Shown here piece by piece: positions 1 through 9,852 of a DNA stretch of 64,000 bases. The DNA comes from Micropepsaceae bacterium. GTDB taxonomy: Bacteria > Pseudomonadota > Alphaproteobacteria > Micropepsales > Micropepsaceae. Location: NCBI GenBank assembly GCA_036499145.1, contig DASYEG010000116.1:798-64797 (forward strand), written 5' to 3'. A program made the position numbers and the translations under genes. The first letter of the stretch is position 1. Each line of letters starts with the position of its first letter. Under the pieces are notes generated by a model, which saw nothing but the letters and a program-made list of their open reading frames with translations, made no database searches and was not told the origin of the DNA.

Positions 1-1749
1 AATCGCCTGCTCGAAGAATTTCCAGTCGCGCATGCCGACACCTTCGAGCGGGGGTTCGTAAAGGAAATCGGCCTGTGCGCGAACGCTGCGCCGCTGCAGA
101 TCGCTGCCCACCGTGCCTGCACGCATCAGGATGGAGATGATCGAGGGCGAACCGCGCATACGCTGACCGATGAGCGAAAAAATCGACCGTTCGCCATAGC
201 GTGCGTCCTCGGCATGCAGATCGATCTCACCCGCGACATCGACCGCGATGATCGGGCCGCGCGCTTCGGCGGCCATGACATCCACCGGCAGATTGTTCAT
301 GACGCCGCCATCGACCAGCAGATGGCCGCCTTCGGTGACCGGCGGCAGGATGCCCGGCAAGGCTACGCTGGCACGCAATGCCCGCCACAATAGCCCGCTG
401 CGATGCACATAATCACGTCCCGAGGTCAGATCGGACGAGACACAGAAATAGGGTTTGGCGAGATCCTCGATCCGGATGTCGCCAAAGTGCTTTTGCAGCA
501 GCGCGCTGACCTTGGCTCCGCGGAACAGCGCGATCAGCGGAACGGTGAAATCCGAAAGCGGCTTGTTCACGACGAAAGCGTCGCGCACGCGTTCGGACAA
601 TTCATCGATGTCCCATTCCATGGCGATTCCGGCAGCGACGATACCGCCCATGCTGGTGCCGCCCACATAATCGAATGGAACACCCGCTTCCTTCAGCGCC
701 TTCAGCACGCCGATATGGGCGAAGCCGCGTGCCCCTCCGCCGGCCAGCACCACGCTGACCGCCGAACCGGCGATGAAGCGCGCAAGCCGCTTCATATCGG
801 ACATATTGCCGGCGCGCAGATGATGGTGCGTCCCGAAAAGATCGCTCCGCAACTCGATATGCTCCGGAACCCCGCGTCTTGAGGCGTCGCTGGCATGGAC
901 CAGCAGCAGTTCGGGAGGATTCGATGTCTCCCGCTTGAAATAACGCCGCTCGAAGGGATGGAGCGGCAGGTTTCTGTCGGCGCGCGCAATCAGAAGCACG
1001 CGATCGGCTTGGCGCAGGCAGAATTGCGACCACGTGCTTTCCGGCTGATCGCCCTGGTAGAACACGACATCGTGCTCGGCTTCAAAGCGGTTGAACCAAT
1101 CGGTGGGCTGCTCGCTCATGGATTTGTCCAGCACCGCGGCCTTGGCGCCCATCTCTTCCAGGATGGCCGCAATGCTGCGCGCAATCGGATCGTCGGCCAG
1201 GCCATGCTGGAGCGGCACAATCGCGAACGTCTTGGGCCGCGTGCGCTGGTGGCCGCCACGCGTCGTTTCGCGCAGGCGCCGGACGACGACCTTCAGCAGG
1301 TTCAGCATCACGCGCGGATAGCGCGTCAGCAGCATCTCGAACGCCTTGGGCCCGAGCCGCAACAATTCGGTGTCCCGCAGGGCGATCAGGGTCGCGGAAT
1401 GCGATTCTCCGGTGAGCAGCGACATCTCCCCCACCGTCTCACCGGCGGGGATCGTTGCGACGAGACGTTTGGGGGCATTGTCCTCGTCGACGAAAACGCC
1501 AAGCGACCCAGTGACCACCAAGAACACGGCGCGGTCGTTTTCGCCGTCCCGGGGCAGTTGAGTGCCACCGGGAAGACCGAACCAATCGGCTTCGGCAAGC
1601 AACCGCCTGAGCGCGTGATCCCCCACATCGGCCAGGATGCTGAAGCTCCTCAGCCGCTGAGGCAGCGAATCCGGAAATACCGGATCGCCATAGCTGCGGA
1701 AGGACGAGAACAGCGTCATATCGAGCGCTCGGGAAATGTCGAATTTCAT
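1..1749 (-). CDS. cyclic-nucleotide-binding domain + patatin-like phospholipase (NTE/RssA-like); C-terminus cut by window edge
   Basis: Absent from the ORF track because it runs off the window. Reading the reverse complement from ATG 1749 gives MKFDISRALDMTLF... It has a cNMP-binding-like segment (ATIPAGETVGEMSLLTGESHSATLIA, codon 98 onward), then the patatin motifs VLAGGGARGF and GGTSMGG (GxSxG). The start lies 1 nt from the stop of the upstream SDR gene. Confidence 0.85.
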   Translation of the reverse strand, partial: MKFDISRALDMTLFSSFRSYGDPVFPDSLPQRLRSFSILADVGDHALRRLLAEADWFGLPGGTQLPRDGENDRAVFLVVTGSLGVFVDEDNAPKRLVATIPAGETVGEMSLLTGESHSATLIALRDTELLRLGPKAFEMLLTRYPRVMLNLLKVVVRRLRETTRGGHQRTRPKTFAIVPLQHGLADDPIARSIAAILEEMGAKAAVLDKSMSEQPTDWFNRFEAEHDVVFYQGDQPESTWSQFCLRQADRVLLIARADRNLPLHPFERRYFKRETSNPPELLLVHASDASRRGVPEHIELRSDLFGTHHHLRAGNMSDMKRLARFIAGSAVSVVLAGGGARGFAHIGVLKALKEAGVPFDYVGGTSMGGIVAAGIAMEWDIDELSERVRDAFVVNKPLSDFTVPLIALFRGAKVSALLQKHFGDIRIEDLAKPYFCVSSDLTSGRDYVHRSGLLWRALRASVALPGILPPVTEGGHLLVDGGVMNNLPVDVMAAEARGPIIAVDVAGEIDLHAEDARYGERSIFSLIGQRMRGSPSIISILMRAGTVGSDLQRRSVRAQADFLYEPPLEGVGMRDWKFFEQAI

Positions 1750-1750
1750 A

Positions 1751-2542
1751 CTACCAAGCCGTCCATCCCCCGTCCGCCGCCAATAATGCCCCGGTGACGA
1801 AACTCGATGCCGGGCTTGCCAGGAACAGGACCGGACCAGCGATTTCCGATGGTTTGCCGATTCGGTTGAGCATGGTGCGCGCCGCCAGCCTCGCGGCAAA
1901 GGCGGGATCGGCCTCCAGCACGGCCTCGCGCGGGAAAGGCCCAGGCGCGACCGCATTGACCCGGATACCCGAGGGACCGAGTTCCGCCGCAAGATGACGG
2001 GTCAGTTGGACCAGCCCCGCTTTGGCCGCACCATAGTGGGGCGGGCTCATCTGCCCGGGTGCGCTGTAGAGCTTGGGGTCAGGGCTGACCGACGCATACA
2101 TGGTCGCGATGTTGACGATGCTGGCGTCCCCCCGTTCGGCAGCCGCACGGGTGAGCGCCGGACACGCCGCGCGCGAAGCCTCGAAGGCGGCCGTCACGGC
2201 GCTCCGATAGGCCGTGTCGAAGTCCTCGGGCGTTACCTGGGCGAGAGCTTTCGGGCTCATGGTGACGGCATTGTTGATCAAGATATCCAAACATCGCTGC
2301 GCGGCGAAAAAGCTTCGCACGGTCTCGAAATCCATCATGTCAAACGCCGCACACTCGGTGGCGATCCCGTCGTTCTCAAGTTCGCACGCAAACGCGGCCA
2401 GCCGCTCCGCGTTCCGGCCGTTGATGATGAGCTTCGCGCCGGCTTGGCCCAGCGCGAGGGCCATGGCCCGGCCCAGATGCCCGGCGGCGCCCGAAAGGAA
2501 CGCCACCCGGCCATCGAGCCGAAAGAGAGCTTGCGGATTCAT
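1751..2542 (-). CDS. SDR family oxidoreductase
   Basis: Inner part of ORF 1751..2941. Start set at ATG 2542 (MNPQALFRLDGRVAFLSGAAGHLG), which overlaps the upstream stop as ATGA. Has a glycine-rich cofactor motif and YGAAK (YxxxK). Confidence 0.9.
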   Translation of the reverse strand: MNPQALFRLDGRVAFLSGAAGHLGRAMALALGQAGAKLIINGRNAERLAAFACELENDGIATECAAFDMMDFETVRSFFAAQRCLDILINNAVTMSPKALAQVTPEDFDTAYRSAVTAAFEASRAACPALTRAAAERGDASIVNIATMYASVSPDPKLYSAPGQMSPPHYGAAKAGLVQLTRHLAAELGPSGIRVNAVAPGPFPREAVLEADPAFAARLAARTMLNRIGKPSEIAGPVLFLASPASSFVTGALLAADGGWTAW

Positions 2543-3471
2543 TGCGGCGTCCATTGGGCGGGATCGAGGAGGCTTTCCGGCACGCGCGGGGCGCGCGCTG
2601 CGATGCGGGCGCAATCTTCGGGCGCGAGGACGGGGCGGTCGCAGAGCCTCAGATTGCCGTCGAGTTGAGCCTCGGTCTCCTGGCCGATGACCACGCCGTC
2701 GATCCAATCCTGTCCCCGTGCATAGGCAAGGGCAAGATCGGCAACGCCCTCCCGGCCAAAGGCGCGCGCGGTTTCCTCCAGCCAGGCGATAAGCCGCGGG
2801 CCATCCACGCCGGGAACGCGCTGCCACAGGCGAGGGTCCCCGGCAATCAGAACACCCTGCAGGAATATGCTGCGGGCATGAACGGTCACTTCGGGGCGGG
2901 ATCGCAATGCCGCGATCACGCCCGCGTCGCGCCAGCGCCAATCGAGCAGATTGAACGGAAGCTGGATGTGCGTGACGCTCGCTTCGCGCAGGGCCTCATG
3001 CGCCTCGGCAGGAGATTGCACGGAGACGCCGAGCGCAGCGATCACGCCGCTCGCGAGATGGTCCTTCACCCTGGCCCAGACCACGCCCCGATAGGCGGTG
3101 ATGTGACGGGCGCGATGAAGCAGCAGACAATCGAGAGAGGTGCGGCGCAGCGCGGCCAGGGATTGCCCGATGCTTGCGTCCACGGCCGCCATGACGGCTT
3201 CGCGCGAAGCATCGGCCGCGAGATCGCCGAGCGCGGAGAGCTTCGTGATGGTCCGCACGCTCCGCCGGCCATCCAGCGCCTCGCCAAGCCGTTCTTCGGC
3301 ATCGCCATAGGCGCGCGCGGTATCGAAGGTGACGACGCCGCGATCGGCCGCACGCCGGACGAGCCGGAGGGCGGCTTCGCGCGCCGGCTTGCCGGTGCGG
3401 TTCGCAGCACCATAATCGAGGCCAATCTGCGCCGAACCCATCACGAGTTCGGCCCGGCGGGCAATGCCCAT
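2539..3471 (-). CDS. aldo/keto reductase
   Basis: Inner part of ORF 2539..4152. ATG 3471 is preceded by GAGGAG. The N-terminus MGSAQIGLDYG...VVTFDTARAYGDAEERLG is typical of AKRs. The longer upstream extension is Arg/Gly-rich and looks non-coding. Confidence 0.85.
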   Translation of the reverse strand: MGIARRAELVMGSAQIGLDYGAANRTGKPAREAALRLVRRAADRGVVTFDTARAYGDAEERLGEALDGRRSVRTITKLSALGDLAADASREAVMAAVDASIGQSLAALRRTSLDCLLLHRARHITAYRGVVWARVKDHLASGVIAALGVSVQSPAEAHEALREASVTHIQLPFNLLDWRWRDAGVIAALRSRPEVTVHARSIFLQGVLIAGDPRLWQRVPGVDGPRLIAWLEETARAFGREGVADLALAYARGQDWIDGVVIGQETEAQLDGNLRLCDRPVLAPEDCARIAARAPRVPESLLDPAQWTPQ

Positions 3472-3582
3472 GCTCTCCTCGCCACCACAATCGGAAAAAG
3501 GCAAGAATCCTCTATCGTGGTAAAGGACGCGTGAACGGCGGCGGTGACAGGGACCCCAACCCGCTCTAAGCTGGAAAACACC

Positions 3583-4116
3583 ATGAAGCGCCTTATTATT
3601 CTGATTCTGGCGCTTGCGATCGGCGCCTGCGCGACGCGGCCTCCGGGTCCAGAGTTGCCCTCGTCCGAGGCTCAGATGAGCGCGCTCAAGGAGCGCCTCT
3701 TTGTGCTTGTGGAAGCCGAACGCCATCGGCTGAACAGCGAGGCCAGGCCGCTGATCCTGGACCCGGAATTGATGCGTGCCGCCCAAACCCATTCCGACGA
3801 TATGGCGTCGAAACACTCCTTCGACGCCGGCAATCCGAACGGCAATCTTGCAATCGCGACCTTGCTCGCAGACCCGAAATTCCGCGGCTTCGTTGGAGAA
3901 AATTCGGCCGCCCAGTATTTCACCCCCGGCGCGCGCATCGATCCGGACGCCTATGCGCGAGGGTTTCTCGACATCTGGCTCAAGAGTACCGACCACAAGA
4001 TGAACCTGATTTATCCCGCTTTCGACAAGACCGGCATCGGGATCGCGGTGAGCGGCGACATGATCTATGCGGCCGAACTGTTCGCCACCGATCTCGGCCT
4101 GCCGGAGCCCCAGTGA
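3583..4116 (+). CDS. CAP/SCP-domain lipoprotein (YkwD-like)
   Basis: ORF 3544..4116 with start moved to ATG 3583. This gives MKRLIILILALAIGAC, a signal peptide with a lipobox-like LAIGAC. The body is CAP-like (HSDDMASKHSF..., NSAAQY, DHKMNLIYPAFDKTGIGIA). Confidence 0.7.
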   Translation: MKRLIILILALAIGACATRPPGPELPSSEAQMSALKERLFVLVEAERHRLNSEARPLILDPELMRAAQTHSDDMASKHSFDAGNPNGNLAIATLLADPKFRGFVGENSAAQYFTPGARIDPDAYARGFLDIWLKSTDHKMNLIYPAFDKTGIGIAVSGDMIYAAELFATDLGLPEPQ

Positions 4117-4136
4117 TTGGGTCCAGTGATTCGACC

Positions 4137-4484
4137 ATGACGAACACAGCACGCATCAAGACTTATGGCGAATTCTGGCCGTTTTATCTGCGTGAGCACG
4201 CAAAACCCGAAACGCGTCTCTGGCACATCGTGGGCACCGGAACCGCGAGCGTGCTCGTCGCAGCCGCCGTTTTCAGCGTCAGTTACGAGCTTCTTCTCGC
4301 CGCCATGGTCACGGGCTATGGCCCAGCCTGGTTCGCACATTTCTTGATCGAGAAGAACCGTCCCGCCACGCTGCGCTATCCCATCTGGTCGCTGGTCTCC
4401 GATTTCCGCATGGCTGGGGCATGGCTGACGGGCGATCTCGCACGGGAACTTCGGGACGCAGGGGTCGAGGGACCCGTCGATTGA
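4137..4484 (+). CDS. DUF962 / Mpo1-like small membrane protein
   Basis: ORF 4113..4484. Likely start MTNTARIKTYGEFWPFYLREHAKPETRLWHIVGT, followed by hydrophobic helices. This matches my memory of DUF962 N-termini. Confidence 0.65.
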   Translation: MTNTARIKTYGEFWPFYLREHAKPETRLWHIVGTGTASVLVAAAVFSVSYELLLAAMVTGYGPAWFAHFLIEKNRPATLRYPIWSLVSDFRMAGAWLTGDLARELRDAGVEGPVD

Positions 4485-4595
4485 CTGGATCGGGATAGCG
4501 ATTCCTGGGAATAAAGGCGGTTCGCGCGCTAAGCTTGCTTTACACAACATCTCGCGCCAGTTACTTTTTGTTGTGTGGGAGGCGCCGTCAGCCAC

Positions 4596-6764
4596 ATGAA
4601 GCACACACTTCCTTGGAATGTGACAGGTATCCCGCCGGAAGTCCGGGAGATCGCGCGCGCAGCGGCCCTGCGCGAAGGCATCAGTGTCGGCGAATGGCTG
4701 ACCCGGCGGATCACGACGGACGCAGGCAAACTGACCGGCGGAGAGCCCCAAGCTCCAATGGCGTCCCCCGTCCGCTCGCCGCGCGAAGACCTGCATCCGG
4801 ACACGTCCGATCCTGTGTTCCGCCGGATCGACGAAGCATTCCGCAATCTCGCGCACCGGCTCGAAAACACCGAGCGCGCGCAAACCGATGCGCATCGCGC
4901 GATGCGTGCGGCCGCACACGAGATCAACGCCGCGACACGCGACCAAGCGGAAGCTTTCCAGTCCATCACCACGCGCATCGATCGCGTCGAGCGGCAGACC
5001 GATACCGGAGCGCTGCGTGACGCCGTGCGGGGATTGCATCAGGGCCTGTCGCGCCTTGCCGAGCAAATCGCCAAGACCACGAACGAATCTTCCAATGGAA
5101 TTACCGCGCTTGCCGGCAATGTGGAAATGCTGGCTGGCAGGATGGCGAATGCGGGCGAAGAATCGCAACAGAACGCCCGTGCACTCGAAGAACGCTTTGC
5201 GGTACTGGACGAACGTATAAGGGATAGCGAAGGCCGTCTGAAGCAGACGGAGGAACGTCTTGCTGCCGCTTTGCGGAGTGATGGGACCGTCGCGATGTTC
5301 CAATCGCGCTTGGCGTCTACCGAACAGCGCATGCGGGAATCGCTCGACAATTCCCTGTCGGGCTTCGAACGCAGCCTGAAACAGATGGGCGAGCGTCTGC
5401 AAAAGACCGAAATGCACGACGGGTCCGACAATCGAATCGATGAGGCTCTCCAAACCCTCGCCGTCCGCGTCGGGGCCATGGAGAGTAGGCAAAGCTTCCC
5501 GGTCCTCGAATCCGCTGCCGGCGACACGCTTTCCCTCATCCAAGCCGCCGTGGACGGCGCCCTGCCTTCAGGTGCCCCGGACTTGGCCGAATTCCGTCTG
5601 ACGCCGGACGCCAGCCTTGCGCCCGCATCCACACCGGCAGCCGGGATGCCGCCTTTGGCACATGAGATCGATGCCCCCGATTGTGTTGGCACAATCGGAG
5701 ACGCGAAGTTCCACCGGGCGGACGAAGTGCAGCCGGCCCGCGCATCGGCCGAAAATTTTCTTGCCCAGGCGCGACGCGCTGCCATGCGTGCCACGGAACG
5801 CAGCGCCTCGCACGGCACGCGTCACCGCATCGGCGTTCCCGCCGGCAGCGGACCCGGACTGCGCCAACGCATTTCGCAGCACGCCTCCATGACGTTCCTG
5901 TTTCTTGTGCTGATGGGGGCCGGGTTCCTGCTGACCCGCGCTGTCCAGAATCGCGCGGAGGTCCTGGCATTCGATCCTTCACACCTGATTGCGCTCGCCG
6001 CGCCTGCAAGCGCCGGACCGATGACTGCGCCCGAGAAGACATCGGCTCCTGCGATTCCGGCAGCCGTTCCCCGGCAAGCGGTCGAATCGGTTGCGCCTGC
6101 CCTTGCCGCACCCGCCGACAGCGTGGCCTCCGCATCGGTGCTCCCATTTGGGGCGGCCGGCGAAACGCCGCTAGCGCAGCTCCTGGCGAAAGCCAATAGC
6201 GGCGATCCCAAAGCCGCCATGTCGCTGGGATTGGAATATGCCGATGGCGACGGTGTCGCGGCCAACGACACGGAAGCCTTTTATTGGCTGCAGAAGGCCG
6301 CGGAAGCCGGCGAGGCCGTGGCGCAATATCGTCTCGGCACCCTGTATGAGCGCGGCCGTGGGGTGCCCGCCGACACGCGGCAGGCTCTGCACTGGTATGG
6401 CGAGGCCGCCAAGCGCGGCAACCGCAGGGCGATGCACAATCTCGCCATCGTGTATGCCGACGGGGCAGCCGCGGACAGGAACTTCCCGGAAGCGCTTCGT
6501 TGGTTCAAGGACGCCGCCGAACTCGGCCTGACCGATTCGCAATTCAACTTGGCGGTGCTCTATGAGCGCGGCCTCGGGGTGAAACCATCGCTCAGCGAAG
6601 CATACAAATGGTACGAAATCGCGGCAGCATCCGGGGACAACCAATCCAAAGCGCGCGTTGCGGCCCTTATGAACCAGATCACCCCCGAAGATCGCGATAC
6701 CGCCGACAAGGCGGCTAGGGCCTATAGACCGCGGCCGATCGATTTGGCCGCCAATGACGGCTGA
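4596..6764 (+). CDS. PodJ-like polar localisation factor with C-terminal Sel1 repeats
   Basis: ORF 4575..6764, start set to ATG 4596 (MKHTLPWNVTGIPPEVREIARAAALREGISVGEWL, a PodJ-type N-terminus). It has a long E/R/Q-rich coiled-coil-like region and one TM segment (MTFLFLVLMGAGFLL). Sel1-type repeats follow (AMSLGLEYADGDGV, AQYRLGTLYERGRGV, AMHNLAIVYADG, SQFNLAVLYERGLGV). Confidence 0.7.
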   Translation: MKHTLPWNVTGIPPEVREIARAAALREGISVGEWLTRRITTDAGKLTGGEPQAPMASPVRSPREDLHPDTSDPVFRRIDEAFRNLAHRLENTERAQTDAHRAMRAAAHEINAATRDQAEAFQSITTRIDRVERQTDTGALRDAVRGLHQGLSRLAEQIAKTTNESSNGITALAGNVEMLAGRMANAGEESQQNARALEERFAVLDERIRDSEGRLKQTEERLAAALRSDGTVAMFQSRLASTEQRMRESLDNSLSGFERSLKQMGERLQKTEMHDGSDNRIDEALQTLAVRVGAMESRQSFPVLESAAGDTLSLIQAAVDGALPSGAPDLAEFRLTPDASLAPASTPAAGMPPLAHEIDAPDCVGTIGDAKFHRADEVQPARASAENFLAQARRAAMRATERSASHGTRHRIGVPAGSGPGLRQRISQHASMTFLFLVLMGAGFLLTRAVQNRAEVLAFDPSHLIALAAPASAGPMTAPEKTSAPAIPAAVPRQAVESVAPALAAPADSVASASVLPFGAAGETPLAQLLAKANSGDPKAAMSLGLEYADGDGVAANDTEAFYWLQKAAEAGEAVAQYRLGTLYERGRGVPADTRQALHWYGEAAKRGNRRAMHNLAIVYADGAAADRNFPEALRWFKDAAELGLTDSQFNLAVLYERGLGVKPSLSEAYKWYEIAAASGDNQSKARVAALMNQITPEDRDTADKAARAYRPRPIDLAANDG

Positions 6765-6860
6765 CGGGACCCACACAAATCAGATATCAGACGCCGGAAA
6801 GCGATAAATCGGCGTATCCTGATTTTCGTTTCCTTCGCTTTTGCGATTTTCGGTCTGAGC

Positions 6861-7781
6861 ATGGAAGTCTATCTCCCGGTCGCCGAGTTGTCGGTCAATT
6901 GGGCCATGATCCTGGGTATGGGGGCTGCGGTCGGCTTTCTGTCGGGCATGTTCGGCGTGGGGGGCGGCTTCCTGATGACGCCGCTTCTGGTTTTCTACGG
7001 AATCCCGCCGGGCATCGCGGTGGCAACGCAGGCAAGCCACATCACGGCCTCCTCTCTCTCCGGCGCCCTCGCCCAATGGCGCCGTCAGGGCGTGGACGCG
7101 AAGATGGGACTGATGCTGCTCGCCGGCGGCTTGCTGGGCTCCGCCGGTGGGGTCTACGTGTTCAGCATCCTGCAGAAGCTCGGCCAGATCGAGCTGGTGG
7201 TGACGGGAAGTTATGTGATCCTGCTCGGCTCCATCGGCGGCCTCATGCTCAATGAGAGCATCCGCACCATACGCGCGGCGCGGAGTGGCAAGGCGCAGCC
7301 ATTCGCGAAACCCAGCCAGCACAGCTGGATTCATGGGCTGCCGTTCAAGATGCGCTTCCGGCGTTCCAAGCTTTACATCAGCGTCATTCCCCCCCTGGTC
7401 CTGGGCGTGCTGATCGGCGTGCTCACTGCGATCATGGGGGTGGGTGGCGGCTTCATCATGGTGCCTGCCATGATCTATCTTTTACGCATGCCGACCAATG
7501 TCGTGATCGGCACGTCGCAGTTCCAGATTCTTTTCGTCACGGCCGCAACGACCATCCTGCACGCCACCAGCGATCAGACCGTGGACATCGTGCTGGCGTT
7601 TCTTCTGGTCGTGGGCGGTGTCGTCGGCGTGCAACTGGGCATACGCGTAGGTTCGCAATTACGCGGCGAACAATTGCGCGCGCTTCTGGCGATTCTCGTG
7701 GTTGCGGTGGCGCTCAGGCTTCTCGTCGGGCTGATTACGAGGCCGGGCGACATTTATTCGATCATCGCGGGGACGCCATGA
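6861..7781 (+). CDS. TauE/SafE family (DUF81) anion exporter
   Basis: Polytopic membrane protein with the repeated motif GxxGxGGG(F)(L/I)MxP (FLSGMFGVGGGFLMTPLL and LTAIMGVGGGFIMVPAM). Confidence 0.85.
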   Translation: MEVYLPVAELSVNWAMILGMGAAVGFLSGMFGVGGGFLMTPLLVFYGIPPGIAVATQASHITASSLSGALAQWRRQGVDAKMGLMLLAGGLLGSAGGVYVFSILQKLGQIELVVTGSYVILLGSIGGLMLNESIRTIRAARSGKAQPFAKPSQHSWIHGLPFKMRFRRSKLYISVIPPLVLGVLIGVLTAIMGVGGGFIMVPAMIYLLRMPTNVVIGTSQFQILFVTAATTILHATSDQTVDIVLAFLLVVGGVVGVQLGIRVGSQLRGEQLRALLAILVVAVALRLLVGLITRPGDIYSIIAGTP

Positions 7782-8584
7782 TCCCCAGGCGCGCCCCGGA
7801 CCGCCACCGGCGCGCGTGCCCCCGCGGGTGGGGATTTGCCATGGTTTTCCTCGCGGCGTTCTTTCCCGGCGTCGGCGCTAGGGCGGACGATCTCGTCTCG
7901 GGTCTTTCCACCGACCTCATCCAGATCACATCCAATTTCACCGGCACGGATATCGTGCTCTTCGGCGCCATCGAGCCAACTGAGGAAGCGGGGCCCGCCA
8001 AGGATCAGGATCTCGTCGTCGTCATCCGAGGGCCGCAGGTCGATATGACCGTACGCCGCAAGGCACGCGTCTTCGGAATCTGGGTGAATCGCGAACAAAC
8101 CGTGTTCACGGGTCTTCCGGGTTATTACTTTCTCGCGAGCACCCGGCCGCTCGACGATATCGCCTCGCTTGCGACGCAGCAGCGCTTCCGACTCGGGACC
8201 GCCAATCTCGACTCACCGGTGCTGGGCGGTATGAAACCCGATGAGGCAGCGGCCTTCCGCGCCGCCGCCATTCGCGACCGCAAGCGCGAGCGCCTCTATT
8301 GGGAAAGCCCGACGGGAATCGAGTTCTTGAGCCGGACGCTGTTCCGCGCCCGTATCGCGGTTCCGGCCTCGGTTCCGCCGGGAGAGTATCGGGCGGAAGT
8401 GTATCTTTTCCAGAATGGAACCGTGGTGAGCGCACAATCCTCGCCCTTGTACATCGACAAGAGCGGCTTCGAGCGGCGGGTCTACAATTACGCCTATCAG
8501 GCATCTTTCGCTTATGGATTTGCCGCGGTGCTCATGGCCTTCGCCTTCGGCTGGGCGGGGTTCCTGGTGTTCCGTGAGCGATAG
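7778..8584 (+). CDS. TIGR02186 / Alph_Pro_TM-like membrane protein
   Basis: ATG 7778 overlaps the TauE-like stop (ATGA). Alternative start ATG 7841 (MVFLAAFF). Has a C-terminal TM segment (FAAVLMAFAFGWAGFLVF). The family assignment comes from memory of the usual TauE-adjacent alphaproteobacterial gene. Confidence 0.6.
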   Translation: MIPRRAPDRHRRACPRGWGFAMVFLAAFFPGVGARADDLVSGLSTDLIQITSNFTGTDIVLFGAIEPTEEAGPAKDQDLVVVIRGPQVDMTVRRKARVFGIWVNREQTVFTGLPGYYFLASTRPLDDIASLATQQRFRLGTANLDSPVLGGMKPDEAAAFRAAAIRDRKRERLYWESPTGIEFLSRTLFRARIAVPASVPPGEYRAEVYLFQNGTVVSAQSSPLYIDKSGFERRVYNYAYQASFAYGFAAVLMAFAFGWAGFLVFRER

Positions 8585-8658
8585 GACGGCGCGTTATAAT
8601 CTGTAGACGGATGATAACGGCATCGCCATTTTTTATCGAGAGCGCAACCTGAGTTTAT

Positions 8659-9831
8659 TTAATTGAACGCCTGGATGCCCGTCTGGGCACGGCCGAGAAC
8701 GAGTGCATGAATGTCGTGCGTGCCCTCATAGGTATTGACGGCCTCCAGATTCAGCACGTGTCGGATGACATTGTATTCGTCGGCCACGCCATTGCCGCCA
8801 TGCATGTCGCGCGCGATCCGCGCGATGTCGAGCGCCTTGCCGCAATTGTTGCGCTTCAAGAGCGAGATCATTTCAGGCGTCGCCTTGTCCTGATCCATCA
8901 GCCGCGCGAGACGCAGGGCGCCACCCAACCCCAATGCGATTTCTGTCTGCATGTCGGCAAGCTTTTTCTGGACAAGCTGATTGGCGGCGAGCGGCCTGCC
9001 GAACTGCTTACGGTCGAGCGTGTATTGCCGCGCTGCGTGCCAGCAGGATTCGGCCGCGCCCATCGCGCCCCACACAATGCCGAAGCGCGCCTTATTGAGG
9101 CATCCAAATGGGCCTGCGAGACCTTTCACCTCAGGGAACATGTTTTCCTCAGGCACGAAACAGTCTTCGAGCACAATCTCGCCCGTGGGCGAACAACGCA
9201 GCGAGAACTTGCCCTCGATCTTGGGCGTCGAAAATCCTTTCGTGCCGCGCTCAACGATAAAACCGCGGATGCGATCGTCTTCGGACTTCGCCCAGACGAC
9301 GGCGATATCGGCGTACGGTGAATTGGTGATCCAGGTCTTGGCGCCGTTCAGTCGGAACCCGCCGGGTGCCTTGACGGCGCGCGTCGACATGGAACCGGGA
9401 TCGGAGCCGTGATCGGGTTCGGTCAACCCGAAACATCCCAGCAGTTCGCCCTTGGCGAGCTTGGGAAGATATTTCTTCTTCTGGGCTGGCGTTCCATAGG
9501 CATGAATCGGATGCATGACCAGCGCGCTCTGGACGCTTATGAGCGAGCGATAACCGGAATCGACGCGCTCGACTTCGCGCGCGATCAGACCATAGGCAAC
9601 GTTGTTGAGGCCGGCACCTCCTTCTTCTTCCGGCAGCGTGGCGCCGAGGAAGCCCATGGCTCCCATCGCCTCCATCAGCTTGCGGTCGAAGCGTTCGTGC
9701 CGGAAGTCCTCGCGCACGCGAGGGGCAAGCTCGCCCTCGCAGAAGCGACGGGCGGAATCGCGCACCATGCGTTCCTCGCCCGAAAGTTCCTGTTCGATGA
9801 GAAGCGGGTCGGCCCAATCGAAATCCGCCAT
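8659..9831 (-). CDS. gcdH: glutaryl-CoA dehydrogenase (acyl-CoA dehydrogenase family)
   Basis: 390 aa with all three ACAD domains recognisable ([47 protein letters not shown]). The N-terminus ([26 protein letters not shown]) is typical of GcdH. Confidence 0.8.
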   Translation of the reverse strand: MADFDWADPLLIEQELSGEERMVRDSARRFCEGELAPRVREDFRHERFDRKLMEAMGAMGFLGATLPEEEGGAGLNNVAYGLIAREVERVDSGYRSLISVQSALVMHPIHAYGTPAQKKKYLPKLAKGELLGCFGLTEPDHGSDPGSMSTRAVKAPGGFRLNGAKTWITNSPYADIAVVWAKSEDDRIRGFIVERGTKGFSTPKIEGKFSLRCSPTGEIVLEDCFVPEENMFPEVKGLAGPFGCLNKARFGIVWGAMGAAESCWHAARQYTLDRKQFGRPLAANQLVQKKLADMQTEIALGLGGALRLARLMDQDKATPEMISLLKRNNCGKALDIARIARDMHGGNGVADEYNVIRHVLNLEAVNTYEGTHDIHALVLGRAQTGIQAFN

Positions 9832-9852
9832 GATAATCTTTCCGTTCCGTCG

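Noticed and set aside
403-1797. Plus-strand ORFs 403-882 and 895-1797
   Set aside because: They are antisense to the cNMP-binding/patatin gene, which reads cleanly on the minus strand with GGGARG and GxSxG motifs.
1751-4152. Long N-terminal extensions of track ORFs (1751-2941, 2539-4152; likewise 21431-23947, 23881-26043, 55064-56296, 62698-63651, 47286-48266)
   Set aside because: The extensions are Arg/Pro/Gly-rich, overlap the preceding gene and lack an RBS. Internal ATG or TTG starts with an RBS or ATGA coupling give proteins of normal family length.
4529-4543. cTAA-n7-TTAc upstream of the PodJ-like gene as a CtrA box
   Set aside because: It matches only 6 of the 8 core positions of TTAA-n7-TTAA. 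This is not distinguishable from chance by eye.
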